This document shows positions 1 to 10,700 of a DNA stretch of 64,000 bases, piece after piece; the first letter of the stretch is position 1; each line of letters begins with the position of its first letter. Below the pieces are notes generated by a model. The model did not search any database. It saw only the letters and a list, made by a program, of their open reading frames with translations, and was not told the DNA's origin. The DNA is taken from positions 3,360,001-3,424,000 of the forward strand of contig OY969474.1 of assembly GCA_963700145.1 (NCBI GenBank), read 5' to 3'. This DNA comes from an uncultured Acidobacteriota bacterium (lineage in GTDB: Bacteria; Acidobacteriota; Thermoanaerobaculia; Multivoradales; UBA5704). The position numbers and the translations under genes are program-made.

Positions 1-2
1 GC

Positions 3-3000
3 CCGGAGGAGGACGCGAAGACAGCGGAGCCGTTCGCCGCCGCGGCGGCGTCGCGGCCGGCGCCGGAGAACCTCGCCTACCTGATCTACACGTCGGGCTC
101 CACCGGCCGCCCCAAGGCGGTGGCCATCGAGCACCGGAGCGCCGTGACCCTGGCGCACTGGGCGCGCGAGGTCTTCTCGGAGCGCGAGCTGGACGGCGTC
201 CTCGCCGCCACCTCCCTGGGCTTCGACCTCTCGGTCTTCGAGCTCTTCGTGCCGCTCTGCTGGGGCGGCCGGGTGGTGCTCGCCGGGAGCGCCCTGGACC
301 TGCCGGAGGTGCCGGCCGCGGCCGCGGTGCGCCTGGTCAACACCGTTCCCTCCGCGATCGGCGAGCTACTGCGGGCCGGGGCCCTGCCCCCGTCGGTCGA
401 GACGGTGAACCTCGCGGGCGAGCCGCTCCGGCGCGAGCTGGTGCGCGCCCTCTTCGCCGCCGGGGTGCGCCGGGTGGTCAACCTCTACGGCCCGTCGGAG
501 GACACGACCTACTCGACGGTCGCCGAGCAGGAGCGCGACGACGGCCGCGAGCCGCCGATCGGGCGGCCGATCGCCGGCACCACCGCGCGGGTGCTCGACG
601 CCCGGCTGCGGCCGGTGCCGCCGGGTGTCGTGGGAGAGCTGGTCCTGGGCGGCGCCGGCCTCGCGCGCGGTTATCTCGGTCGGCCGGAGCTGACCGCCGA
701 GCGCTTCATCCCCAGCCCCTTCCCGGAGGACGATCCCGGGGCCCGCCTCTACCGCACCGGCGACCGGGCGCGCTGGGGGCCGAAGGGCGAGCTGGTCTTC
801 CTCGGCCGCTTCGACCATCAGGTCAAGATCCGCGGCTTCCGCATCGAGCCGGGGGAGGTCGAGGCGAGCTTGTCGGCCCACCCGCAAGTCGAGGATGCGG
901 CGGTGCTGGCGGTGGGGGAGGGTGCCGAGCGGCGGTTGGTGGCCTACGTCGCGCCCGCTCACTCCCTGGACCTCCGCTCCTACCTTGCTAGTCGCCTGCC
1001 GGAGCACATGGTGCCCTCGGCCTTCGTCTTCCTCGACGCCCTGCCGCTCACCCCTCACGGCAAGGTGGACCGCAAGGCACTGGCGAGCCTGGCGCCGGGG
1101 AGCGCCGCGAGGCCCAGTCAGCCGCCGCGGACGCCGTTGGAGGCGGCCCTCGCCGCCCTCTGGGCGGAGGTGTTGGGTCTCGAGGCGGTCGGCGTCCACG
1201 ACGATGTCTTCGCTCTCGGCGGCCACTCGCTCCTGGCCGTGCGGGTGCAGGCGCGGCTGCGGGAGCGGCTGGGCGTCGACCTGCCGCTGCCGGCCCTCTT
1301 CCGCGCCCCCACGGTCGCCGCCCTGGCGCGCCTCGCGGCCGAGGCCCCGCCATGGCGCGCCCAACCGCCCCTGCCGCGCCCGCGAGGCGGCGCGCCGCTC
1401 CCCCTCTCCTTCGCCCAGGAGCGGATGTGGCTCGTCCACCATCTGGCCCCCGACTCGCCCGCCTACCACCTCGCCGGCGAGGTACGGCTCGCCGGCTCCC
1501 TGGACGTCGCGGCGCTGGCGGCGGCACTCGGCGAGCTGGTGCGGCGCCACGAGGCGCTGCGGACGCGCTTCCCGCTGGCGGGCGAAGTGCCCGTCCAGGT
1601 CGTCGAGGCGGCAGGTCCGCGCGAGCTGCCTGTCGTCAGCCTGGAGTCCCTCCCCGACGGGCTCCGGGCGGCCGAGGCGGAGCGCCTCGCCAGCCATGAG
1701 GCACGGCGGCCGTTCGACCTCGCGGCGGCGCCCCCGGTCCGGGCTTCGCTGGTGCGGTTCGACGGCGGCGAGCACCGTCTCCTCCTCACCCTCCACCACA
1801 TCGCGGCCGACGAGGCCTCCCTCGGCATCCTGGCGGGGGAGCTGGGCGCCGCTTACGCGACTGCGGCCGCACGGCGGCCGTTCCCGCTCGGCGCGCCGCC
1901 GCTCCAGATCGCCGACGTTGCTCTCTGGCAACGGGAGCGGCTGCGCGGCGAGGCGCTGGCGGCGCGGCTGGCCTGGTGGCAGGAGCGGTTGGCGGGGGTG
2001 GAGCCGCTCGAGCTGCCCGCCGACCGCCCGCGGCCGGCGGACCCCAGCGCGCGCGGCGGCACCGTCTCCGCGCCTCTCCCGGTGGCGACGGCGGCGGCCC
2101 TAAGCGGCCTCGCCAGGAGCGCCGGCGTGACCCTCTTCATGGTCCTGCTCGCCGGCTTCGAGGCTCTTCTCTCCCGGCTCTCGGGGGCAGTGGACTTCGC
2201 GGTCGGCTCCCCCTTCGCCCAGCGAGATCACCCGGACCTGGAGGGGGTCGTCGGGCCGCTCCTCAACACGCTGGTGCTGCGCGCCGACCTCGCGGGGGAC
2301 CCGCCGTTCCGCGAGCTGCTCGGCCGGGTGCGCGAGGGCACGCTCGCCGCCCACGAGCGCGCCGACCTCCCCTTCGAGCTGCTGGTCGAGCGCCTGCGGC
2401 CCGAGCGCGGTCCGGGTGCCAACCCGCTTTTCGAGGTGATGTTCGTGCTCCACCGGCCGCCGGGGCCGTTGCGCGCGGGGAACCTCCTCATCGAGCCACG
2501 GTCCATCCCCACCGGCACGGCGAAGGTCGATCTCACCCTCTTCGCCCTCGAGCGGGAGGAGGGAGTCGGGCTGGAGCTGGAGTATGCGGCGGACCGCTGG
2601 GACCCAGACACGGCCGGCCGGCTCCTGGAGGGACTGGTCGTGCTCCTCGCCGCCGCCGCGGCCGACCCCGGGCTGCGGTTGTCCGAGCTGCCGGGTCCCG
2701 CCGTGCCGTGCATCCAAGCGGTCCTCCCCGCGCGGGTCCTGCCGGCGGCGACCGCCGCCACGGCGCCCTCGGCAATCGCGCCGCGGACGCCGGTCGAGGA
2801 GCTCCTGTCGGGCATCTGGGAGGACCTCCTCGCGATCGAGCGCCCCGGTCTCCACGACGACTTCTTCGCCCTCGGCGGCCAGTCGCTCCTCGCCGCTCGC
2901 GTCGTCTCGCGCCTGCGTGCGGCCCTCGGCGTGGAGCTGCCGTTGCGGGCGCTCTTCACGGCGCGCACCCTCGCCGGCCTCGCCGCGCGGGTTGAGGAGG

Positions 3001-6000
3001 CCTGGGGGGCTGGGGCGGAGGGGCCGGAGCGGCTCCCCTTCGTCCTCGTTCCGCGCGCTGACGGCGCGCCCCTCTCCTTCGGTCAGGAGCGCCTCTGGTT
3101 CCTCGACCGCCTCGATCCCGGAAGCCCGGTCTACAACATGCCGGCGGCGGTCTCCCTGACCGGTCGTCTGGACCCGGAGGCGCTGCGCGGCGCGATCGAG
3201 GGGATTGCGGCCCGCCACGAGGTGCTGCGCGCCGCCTTCCCGGCCCCCGCCGGCACGCCCGTGCAGACCGCCGCTCCACGGCTCGGGCTGCGCCTTTCGC
3301 TGGCGGACCTCTCGGGGCTCGCGCCGGCGGCGCGGCGGGCCGAGACGCTGCGGCTGGCCGCGGCGGAGGCCCTGCGCCCCTTCGACCTGGAGACGGGACC
3401 GCCGCTGCGCGCCTCGCTCTTGCGGCTGGAGGCGCGCGAGCACGTCCTGCTCGTCGCCGTCCACCACATCGTCTTCGACGGCTGGTCGCTGGGGATCTTC
3501 CTGAGCGAGCTGGCGGCGCTTTACGGCGGCCTCCTCTCCGGCGTGGACCCCGCGCTGCCGCCGCTGCCGATCCAGTACGCGGACTTCGCCGCCTGGCAGC
3601 GGCGGCTGGCCGCGGGAGACGCGCTCGCGGGCTCGCTCGCCTGGTGGCGGGAGCGGCTCGCCGGAGCGCCGGCGGTGCTCCCTTTGCCGCTCGACCGCCC
3701 GCGCCCTCCGGTCCAGACCTTCCGCGGCGGGAGCCTCGGTCTGACTCTCCGCCCGGAGGTGGCCGGCGCGGTCCGCGACCTCGCCCGGCGGCTGGCGGCG
3801 ACTCCCTTCATGGTCTTCCTCGCCGCCTGGGCGGCCCTGCTCTCCCGCCTGACGCACGAGGTCGATCTGGTCGTGGGCACGGCGGTGGCCGGCCGCGACC
3901 TGCCGGAGGTGGAACCGCTGATCGGGCTCTTCGCCGGCAACTTGGCCCTCCGCCTCGACCTCGGCGGCGACCCCACCTTCGCCGACCTCGTCGGCAGCGC
4001 CAGCGAGACCGTGCTCTCCGCCTGGACCCGTCGGGAGGTCCCCTTCGAGCGGCTGGTGCGGGAGCTGCGGCCCGAGCGCGACCTGTCGCACGCACCGATC
4101 TATCAGGTGGTGCTCACCCTCGACGCCTCGGAGCGCCCGCCGCTGAGCCTCCCCGGCCTCCACCTCGCCATGCTGCCGATCGAGAGCAGGACGGCGAAGT
4201 TCGAGCTCGGCCTCTATCTCGAGGACCGGCGCGGCGAGGTCACGGGACTGTTCGAGTACAACCGCGACCTCTTCGACCCGGCGACGGCGGAACGCCTGCT
4301 CGCCGCCTTCGAGCGTCTGGTGGAGGCGGTGCCGGCCGATCCGGAGCGGCGCCTCTCGGAGCTGCCGGTCCTCTCCGCGGCCGAGCGGCAGCAAATGACG
4401 GTCGAGCTGCCGGCGCCGCCGGACGCGGCCGCGCCGCCGCTCGTCCCGCACTTGATCGCGGCCCAGGCCGCGGCCCGTCCCGGGGCGCCGGCCGTCACCG
4501 GCGGCGGCCGGACCCTCTCCTACGGCGAGCTGGACCGGCGGGCCGGCGTTCTCGCCCGGCGGCTCCGCGCCCTGGGCGTCGGGCCCGAGGTGCCGGTTGC
4601 GGTCTGCCTGGACCGCTCGCCCGAGCTGATCGTGGCGCTGCTCGGGATCTGGCAGGCAGGAGGCGTGTACGTCCCCCTCGATCCCGCCCATCCCGACGAG
4701 CGCCTGGCCTGGATGGTGGCCGACTCGGCGGCCAGGGCCGTGCTGGCCGCGCGCCGCGGGCCGGCCCCGCCGCCGGGAGCCCCGGTCCTCTTCCTGGACG
4801 AGCTGCCGGATGAGCCGGCGCCTGCGGCGCCGGCCGCCGCGCTCCTGCCGGACGCCGCGGCCTACCTCATCTACACCTCGGGCTCCACCGGTCTGCCGAA
4901 GGGAGTGGTGGTGCCGCACGCGGCGCTCGCTGCCTATGCGGCGATGGCGGCCGACCTCTATGCGGTCGGCCCGGGGGACCGCGTCCTTCAGAGTGCCTCG
5001 CCGGGGTTCGACCTGAGCCTCGACGAGATCGTCCCCTGCCTCGCCGGCGGGGCCGAGCTGGTGTTGCGGGACGACGCGATGCTCGCCTCTCCCGCCGCCT
5101 TCCTCGACGGCTGCCGCGAGCGGGAGATCACCGTCCTCAGCCTGCCGACGGCGCTCTGGCACGAGATTGCCGCGCGCTTGGGGGCGGAAGAACCGGCCCC
5201 GCTGCCGGCGTTGCGGCTGGTCGTCCTGGGCGGCGAGCGCCTCCTGCCCGAGGCGCTGGCCGACTGGCAGCGCCGTTTCCCGCCAGGCCCGCGCCTCCTC
5301 AACACCTACGGCCCCACCGAGGCGACGATCCTCGTCACGGCGGCGGACGTGACCGCTCCGCAGGAGCTCCCGCGGCCGGAGGCGCCGATCGGTCGCCCCG
5401 TCCAAGGCGCCGAGGTCTGGCTGCTCGGCCGCTGGGGGGAGCCGGTCCCGCTCGGCGTGCCGGGAGAGATCGCGATCGGCGGCAGCTTCCTCGCCCGCGG
5501 CTATCTGGGCCGGCCCGAGCAGACGGCCGTGCGCTTCGTCCCGCACCCCTTCCCGCCGGCGGCCGGCGCGCGCCTCTACCGCACGGGGGACCTCGCCCGC
5601 CTGCTGCCCGACGGACGGTTCGAGTTCGCGGGACGCATCGACACCCAGGTCAAAGTGCGCGGGTACCGCGTCGAGCCCGGGGAAGTGGAGGCGATCCTGG
5701 TGCGCCATCCTGGTGTCCAGGCGGCCGCGGTGGTGGCGCGGCACGACGGGCCCGGCCGCGTGCGGCTCGTCGGCTACCTGGTTCCGCGGCAGCCGGCGCC
5801 GGCCGCCGCGGACGTGCGGGCCTTCCTCGCCGCCTCCCTGCCGGAGCCGCTGGTGCCCTCCGACCTGGTCTTCCTGGAGGCGCTCCCGCTCACTCCCCAT
5901 GGCAAGGTGGACCGCCGAGCGCTGCCGGCCCCCGGCCCGCGCGCCGCGGCCGAGCACGTCGCCCCGCGCGACGAGATGGAGCGGGCGGTCGCCGCCCTCT

Positions 6001-7751
6001 GGCGCGAGGCGCTGGGAGTCGAGCGCGTGGGGATCCACGACAACTTCTTCGACCTCGGCGGCCACTCGCTGGCCCTGGCCCGGGTGCACGTCCTGCTGCG
6101 CGAGCGGCTCGGCCGGGAGATCCCCATCGTGGATCTCTTCCGACACCCGACGGTGGTCTCCCTGGCGCGGCGGCTCGCGCTGCCGGCGGCGGAGGCGGCC
6201 TCGCACCCGGTCCTGGAGGTTCGGGAGCGGGCGGAGCGCAGTCGGGCCGCCACCCGCCAAGGGCGGTTCCTCGAGGCGCGGAAGCGGATGCCGGCGGTGC
6301 CGGGCGGACCCGCATCGATCCAGGCGGCTCCGGCCCCGCCGCCGCCGCTCTGGGATTCCGCGTCGGAGGCGGCGCATGCCAGCCTCTCGCCGGCGAGCGC
6401 CGCGTTCCTCCGCTTCGCCGCCGCGCATCCGGAGTGCCGCGAGCGGGCGAGCTTCGCGCCCCTGGCGGACCACACCGCCGGGAGCCCCTACCCGCTCCAG
6501 CCCTGGCCCGCCCTGGTGGACCGGGCCCGCGTCGCCGAGATGGAGCGCGTGAGCACCGGCCTCGTGCGGCTGGTCAAGAGCCTGCCGCGCCGCGTTTTCG
6601 GCGACGATCCCGAGCGTCTCCGCGCCTTCTACGGCCTGCCGAGTACCGACCTCGCCCGCTCGCTGATCGCCGAGCCGAACGGTCTCGAGGGGGCGATCGG
6701 CCGCGGCGACTTCCTCGACTCGGCCGCCGGTCTCCGCTGCCTGGAGCTCAATCTGGTGAGCGACCTCGGCGGGTGGCAGGCGCCGCTCTGGGCGGAGGGC
6801 TACTCGCGCGTGCCGATCTTCCAGCGCTTCCTGCGTGAGGAGGGAGTGCGCGTGGCCTGCCGCGACACGGTGGCGCTCCTCTTCGCGCACGTGGTGGCCG
6901 AGGCGCTGGAGCTGGGCGCGGCCGACGGCGAGGTCAACGTCGCCCTCGTGCTTCCCGCGGCGGACGCGGCGCCGGCGCGCGCCCTCCAGCCCTGGCTCGC
7001 CGGCCGCTACGCCGCGGTCCTGCGGGAGGCGGCGCCGGGCGCCGGAGGGACGGTGCTCCTGCTCCCCTATGCGGCCCTGCGCGAGCGCGGCGGAAGGCTG
7101 TGGGGCGACGGCCGGCCGATCCACGCGGCGGTCGAGGTGCACCACGAAGGCACGGCCGCCCAGGCCTTCCGCTGCTTCAAGGCGGGGAGCTTGAAGCTCT
7201 ACAACGCGCCGGTGCGCTCGCTGCTCACCGACAAGCGCAACCTGGCTCTCGTCTCCGAGCTGGCTGAGAACGGCCAGGTGCTGGAGCCGGCCGAGCGCGA
7301 GCTGGCGGCGCGCCATCTCCCCTGGACCCGGCGGCTGGCCGCCGCGGAAGCGCGCTGGCAAGGACGCGAGGTCTGGCTCCCCGATCTGGTTCTGGCGGCG
7401 CGCGACGAGCTGGTGATCAAGCGGGCGCGCGAGGGGCGGGGCGCGGCGGTCCACCTCGGGGCCGCGACGCCGGAGGAAGCCTGGAAGGAGCGGGTGGAGC
7501 GGGCGCTGGCGGAAGGGGATTGGATCGTGCAGGAGCGGGTGGAGCCGCTGCCGTACGTCCACCAGCAAGGGGAGCGGGGGTGCGGCCCCCACGACGTCGT
7601 CTGGGGTCTCTTCGTCTTCGGCAACCGCTACGGGGGAGGGTTTCTGAGCCTCGAGCCGCGGTCCGCGCGCGCCGGCGCGGGAGACGGCGTGGTCAACTTG
7701 ACGCGGGGAGCGAGCGCCGGCGTCATCTTCGAGGTCCAGGACGATGCCTGA
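3..7751 (+). CDS. NRPS, 5'-truncated by window edge: (A)-T-C-T-C-A-T-CP-ATP-grasp-like domain
   Basis: Frame is open from nt 3 (LAYLIYTSGSTGRPK, A3 motif). Also YGPSE, YRTGD, T motifs GGHSLL/GGQSLL/GGHSLA and C motifs HHIAADE/HHIVFDG. The C-terminal ~460 aa carry RGDF..ELN, DKRNL, VIKR..G.G and WIVQE. Confidence 0.95.
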   Translation, partial: PEEDAKTAEPFAAAAASRPAPENLAYLIYTSGSTGRPKAVAIEHRSAVTLAHWAREVFSERELDGVLAATSLGFDLSVFELFVPLCWGGRVVLAGSALDLPEVPAAAAVRLVNTVPSAIGELLRAGALPPSVETVNLAGEPLRRELVRALFAAGVRRVVNLYGPSEDTTYSTVAEQERDDGREPPIGRPIAGTTARVLDARLRPVPPGVVGELVLGGAGLARGYLGRPELTAERFIPSPFPEDDPGARLYRTGDRARWGPKGELVFLGRFDHQVKIRGFRIEPGEVEASLSAHPQVEDAAVLAVGEGAERRLVAYVAPAHSLDLRSYLASRLPEHMVPSAFVFLDALPLTPHGKVDRKALASLAPGSAARPSQPPRTPLEAALAALWAEVLGLEAVGVHDDVFALGGHSLLAVRVQARLRERLGVDLPLPALFRAPTVAALARLAAEAPPWRAQPPLPRPRGGAPLPLSFAQERMWLVHHLAPDSPAYHLAGEVRLAGSLDVAALAAALGELVRRHEALRTRFPLAGEVPVQVVEAAGPRELPVVSLESLPDGLRAAEAERLASHEARRPFDLAAAPPVRASLVRFDGGEHRLLLTLHHIAADEASLGILAGELGAAYATAAARRPFPLGAPPLQIADVALWQRERLRGEALAARLAWWQERLAGVEPLELPADRPRPADPSARGGTVSAPLPVATAAALSGLARSAGVTLFMVLLAGFEALLSRLSGAVDFAVGSPFAQRDHPDLEGVVGPLLNTLVLRADLAGDPPFRELLGRVREGTLAAHERADLPFELLVERLRPERGPGANPLFEVMFVLHRPPGPLRAGNLLIEPRSIPTGTAKVDLTLFALEREEGVGLELEYAADRWDPDTAGRLLEGLVVLLAAAAADPGLRLSELPGPAVPCIQAVLPARVLPAATAATAPSAIAPRTPVEELLSGIWEDLLAIERPGLHDDFFALGGQSLLAARVVSRLRAALGVELPLRALFTARTLAGLAARVEEAWGAGAEGPERLPFVLVPRADGAPLSFGQERLWFLDRLDPGSPVYNMPAAVSLTGRLDPEALRGAIEGIAARHEVLRAAFPAPAGTPVQTAAPRLGLRLSLADLSGLAPAARRAETLRLAAAEALRPFDLETGPPLRASLLRLEAREHVLLVAVHHIVFDGWSLGIFLSELAALYGGLLSGVDPALPPLPIQYADFAAWQRRLAAGDALAGSLAWWRERLAGAPAVLPLPLDRPRPPVQTFRGGSLGLTLRPEVAGAVRDLARRLAATPFMVFLAAWAALLSRLTHEVDLVVGTAVAGRDLPEVEPLIGLFAGNLALRLDLGGDPTFADLVGSASETVLSAWTRREVPFERLVRELRPERDLSHAPIYQVVLTLDASERPPLSLPGLHLAMLPIESRTAKFELGLYLEDRRGEVTGLFEYNRDLFDPATAERLLAAFERLVEAVPADPERRLSELPVLSAAERQQMTVELPAPPDAAAPPLVPHLIAAQAAARPGAPAVTGGGRTLSYGELDRRAGVLARRLRALGVGPEVPVAVCLDRSPELIVALLGIWQAGGVYVPLDPAHPDERLAWMVADSAARAVLAARRGPAPPPGAPVLFLDELPDEPAPAAPAAALLPDAAAYLIYTSGSTGLPKGVVVPHAALAAYAAMAADLYAVGPGDRVLQSASPGFDLSLDEIVPCLAGGAELVLRDDAMLASPAAFLDGCREREITVLSLPTALWHEIAARLGAEEPAPLPALRLVVLGGERLLPEALADWQRRFPPGPRLLNTYGPTEATILVTAADVTAPQELPRPEAPIGRPVQGAEVWLLGRWGEPVPLGVPGEIAIGGSFLARGYLGRPEQTAVRFVPHPFPPAAGARLYRTGDLARLLPDGRFEFAGRIDTQVKVRGYRVEPGEVEAILVRHPGVQAAAVVARHDGPGRVRLVGYLVPRQPAPAAADVRAFLAASLPEPLVPSDLVFLEALPLTPHGKVDRRALPAPGPRAAAEHVAPRDEMERAVAALWREALGVERVGIHDNFFDLGGHSLALARVHVLLRERLGREIPIVDLFRHPTVVSLARRLALPAAEAASHPVLEVRERAERSRAATRQGRFLEARKRMPAVPGGPASIQAAPAPPPPLWDSASEAAHASLSPASAAFLRFAAAHPECRERASFAPLADHTAGSPYPLQPWPALVDRARVAEMERVSTGLVRLVKSLPRRVFGDDPERLRAFYGLPSTDLARSLIAEPNGLEGAIGRGDFLDSAAGLRCLELNLVSDLGGWQAPLWAEGYSRVPIFQRFLREEGVRVACRDTVALLFAHVVAEALELGAADGEVNVALVLPAADAAPARALQPWLAGRYAAVLREAAPGAGGTVLLLPYAALRERGGRLWGDGRPIHAAVEVHHEGTAAQAFRCFKAGSLKLYNAPVRSLLTDKRNLALVSELAENGQVLEPAERELAARHLPWTRRLAAAEARWQGREVWLPDLVLAARDELVIKRAREGRGAAVHLGAATPEEAWKERVERALAEGDWIVQERVEPLPYVHQQGERGCGPHDVVWGLFVFGNRYGGGFLSLEPRSARAGAGDGVVNLTRGASAGVIFEVQDDA

Positions 7752-10700
7752 AGCGGCGAGCGGCGTCGCCGTCGTCGGCATGGCGGGGCGCTTCCCCGGC
7801 GCCGCCGACGTCGAGCGCTTCTGGGAGAACCTGGCGGCGGGGACCGAGTCGGTGACCTTCTTCCCCCGCGAGGAGCTCGCGGCGGCGGGGGTCGAGCCGG
7901 CGGCGCTCGACGATCCGGCCTACGTGCCAGCGCGGGCGGCGATCGAAGGAGCGGAGCTGTTCGATGCCGAGCTCTTCGGCTACACCCCGCGCGAGGCGGC
8001 GCTCACCGACCCGCAGCACCGGCTCCTGCTGGAGTGCGCCTGGGAGGCGCTCGAGCACGCCGGCCACGACCCGCGCCGCTTCGACGGGCTGATCGGCGTC
8101 TATGTCGGCGCCGGGTTCAACGCCTACCTGCTCCTCAACCTGATCGCCCGCCGCGAGGAGCTGGCGGCGGTGGGGCCCTTCCAGACCCTGCTGGCGAACC
8201 AGGGCGACTTCCTGGCCAACCGCCTCTCCTACAAGCTGGGGCTGCGCGGTCCGAGCCTGACGGTGCAGACCGCCTGCTCGACCTCCCTCGTCGCCTTGCA
8301 CCTTGCGGTCCAGAGCCTGCTCAACGGCGAGTGCGACCTGGCTCTCGCCGGCGGCGTCCGGATCGCGCTGCCGCGGCCGGCGGGCTACCTCTACCAGCCC
8401 GACGGCATCCTCTCCGCCGACGGCCACTGCCGCCCCTTCGACGCCGCCGCCAGCGGCGCGGTGGACGGCGAGGGGGCGGGGATCGTGGTCTTGAAGCGCT
8501 TGGCCGACGCCCTGGCCGACGGCGACCACGTCCACGCGGTCGTCCTGGGCACGGCGATCAACAACGACGGCGACGAGCGGGTCGGCTTCTCCGCGCCCGG
8601 CGTCGGCGGGCAGGCCGGCGTGCTGGCCATGGCCCAGGCGGTGGCCGGCGTCGATCCGGAAACGATCGGCTTCATCGAAGGACACGGCACGGCCACTCCC
8701 TTGGGCGACCCGATCGAAGTGGCAGCCCTGCGTCAGGTCTTCGCGGCCTCGACCTCCCGCAAGCGGTTCTGCGCCCTGGGCTCGGTCAAGGGGAACGTCG
8801 GGCACCTGGACGCTGCGGCCGGGGTGACCTCGCTGATCAAGACCGTGCTCGCGCTGGAGCGCGGTGTGATCCCACCGACCCCGCACTTCCAGCGGCCGAA
8901 CCCGCGCCTGGGGCTTGAGGAGAGCCCGTTCTTCGTCAACGCCGAGCCCCTCCCCTGGCCCTCCACCGCGGCGCCGCGGCGGGCCGGGGTGAGCTCCTTC
9001 GGGATGGGGGGAACCAACGCCCATGTCGTGCTGGAGGAGGCGCCGGCGGTGCCGGCGGGGGACCCGTCCCGCCCCTGGCAGCTCCTCGTGCTCTCGGCGG
9101 CGAGCGCTCCGGCTCTCGAGGCGACGACCGACCGCCTGGCGGACCACTTCGCCCGCCATTCCGAGCTGGACCTCGCCGACGTCGCCTTCACCCTCCAGGT
9201 CGGCCGGCAGGAGCTGGCGCACCGGCGGACGCTGGTCTGCCGGAGCCTGGCCGAGGCACGGGAGGCGCTGGCCGCGCGCGACCTCAGGCAGGTGCGGTCC
9301 GCGGTCGTCGATCGCGAAACCAGCGCGCCGCGGGAAGCGGTCGCCGGCCCGCCGACGGGCGGGGATGGGCCCGAGACCCTCGAAGCTCTGGGCGCGCGCT
9401 GGTTGGCCGGGGCCGAGGTGGATTGGCGGGCCCTCCACACCGGCGAGCGGCGGCTGCGGATCCCGCTTCCCACCTACCCGTTCCAGCGCCAGTGGCACTG
9501 GATCGGTCCCCTGGTGGAGGTGCGGGCCGAGCCCGCCCGGCGCGAGCCCGGGGAGCCCAGGCCGCGGCGGCCGCGCCCCGCCGTCGGCCGCCCGTACGAG
9601 CCGCCGCGCGGCGACCTCGAGCGGCGGCTCGCCGACCTCTTCGAGGACCTCCTCGGGGTGGCGCCGGTGGGGGCCTTCGACAAGTTCTTCGAGCTCGGCG
9701 GCCACTCGCTCCTCGGCCTCCAGCTCCTCTCCCGGGTCAAGAGCGAGTTGGGCCCGGAGATGCGGCTGGAGGCGCTCTTCGAGAACTCGTCGGTGGCGGA
9801 CCTCGCGGCGCTGATCGCCGCGGCCGACGAGGATCGGGTGGGCGGCGCCGGAGACGTCATCCCGCGCGTCCGCCGCGACGGCGACCTGCCGCTCTCCTTC
9901 GCCCAGGAGCGGCTCTGGCTCCTCGACCGCCTCGATCCCGGGACGCCCACCCTCAACCTCACCGAGGGAGTCCGCCTCACCGGACGCCTCGACGTGCCCG
10001 CCTTCGCCCGCGCCCTCGCCGAGGTCGTCCGCCGGCACGAGGCGCTGCGCACCGCCTTCGTCGACGTCCAGGGGCGGCCCGCCCAGCGCATCCTGCCCGC
10101 CGTCGAGGTGGCGCTGCCGCTGGTGGACCTCTCCGCCCTGCCGGAGGAGCGGCTGGAGGCCGAAGCCGAGCGGCTCGCCGTCCGGGCCGGCGACCATCGC
10201 TTCGACCTCTCCCGCCCCCCGCTCCTCACGGCCGCGCTCCATCGCCTCGCCGATTCACCGCTGGAGCGGCACGACGTCGTGCTGGTCCTCCACCACATCG
10301 TGGGCGACGGCTGGTCGACCTCCGTCCTTTTCGCCGAGCTGACCGAGATCTACCGCGCCTTCGTCGCCGGCCTCCCTTCGCCGCTGCCCGAGCTGCCCGT
10401 CCAGTACGTCGACTTCGCGGCCTGGCAGCGGGCGCGGCTGGGCGAGGCGGAGATGGCCCGCCAGCTCGCCGGCTGGAAGACGCGGTTGGCGCCGCCGCTC
10501 CCCGTCCTCGACCTCCCCACCGACCGGCTGCGGCCCTCCGTCCAGACCTCCCGCGGGCTCACCGAAAAGCTGTTCCTGCCGCCGGAGGCGGCCGGCGCCG
10601 TGCGCGCCCTCGGCGCGGACCGGGGGGCCACCCCGTTCATGGTGCTGCTCGCGGGCTACGCCCTCCTCCTCTCCCGCTGGAGCGGCCAGGAGGACCTGGT

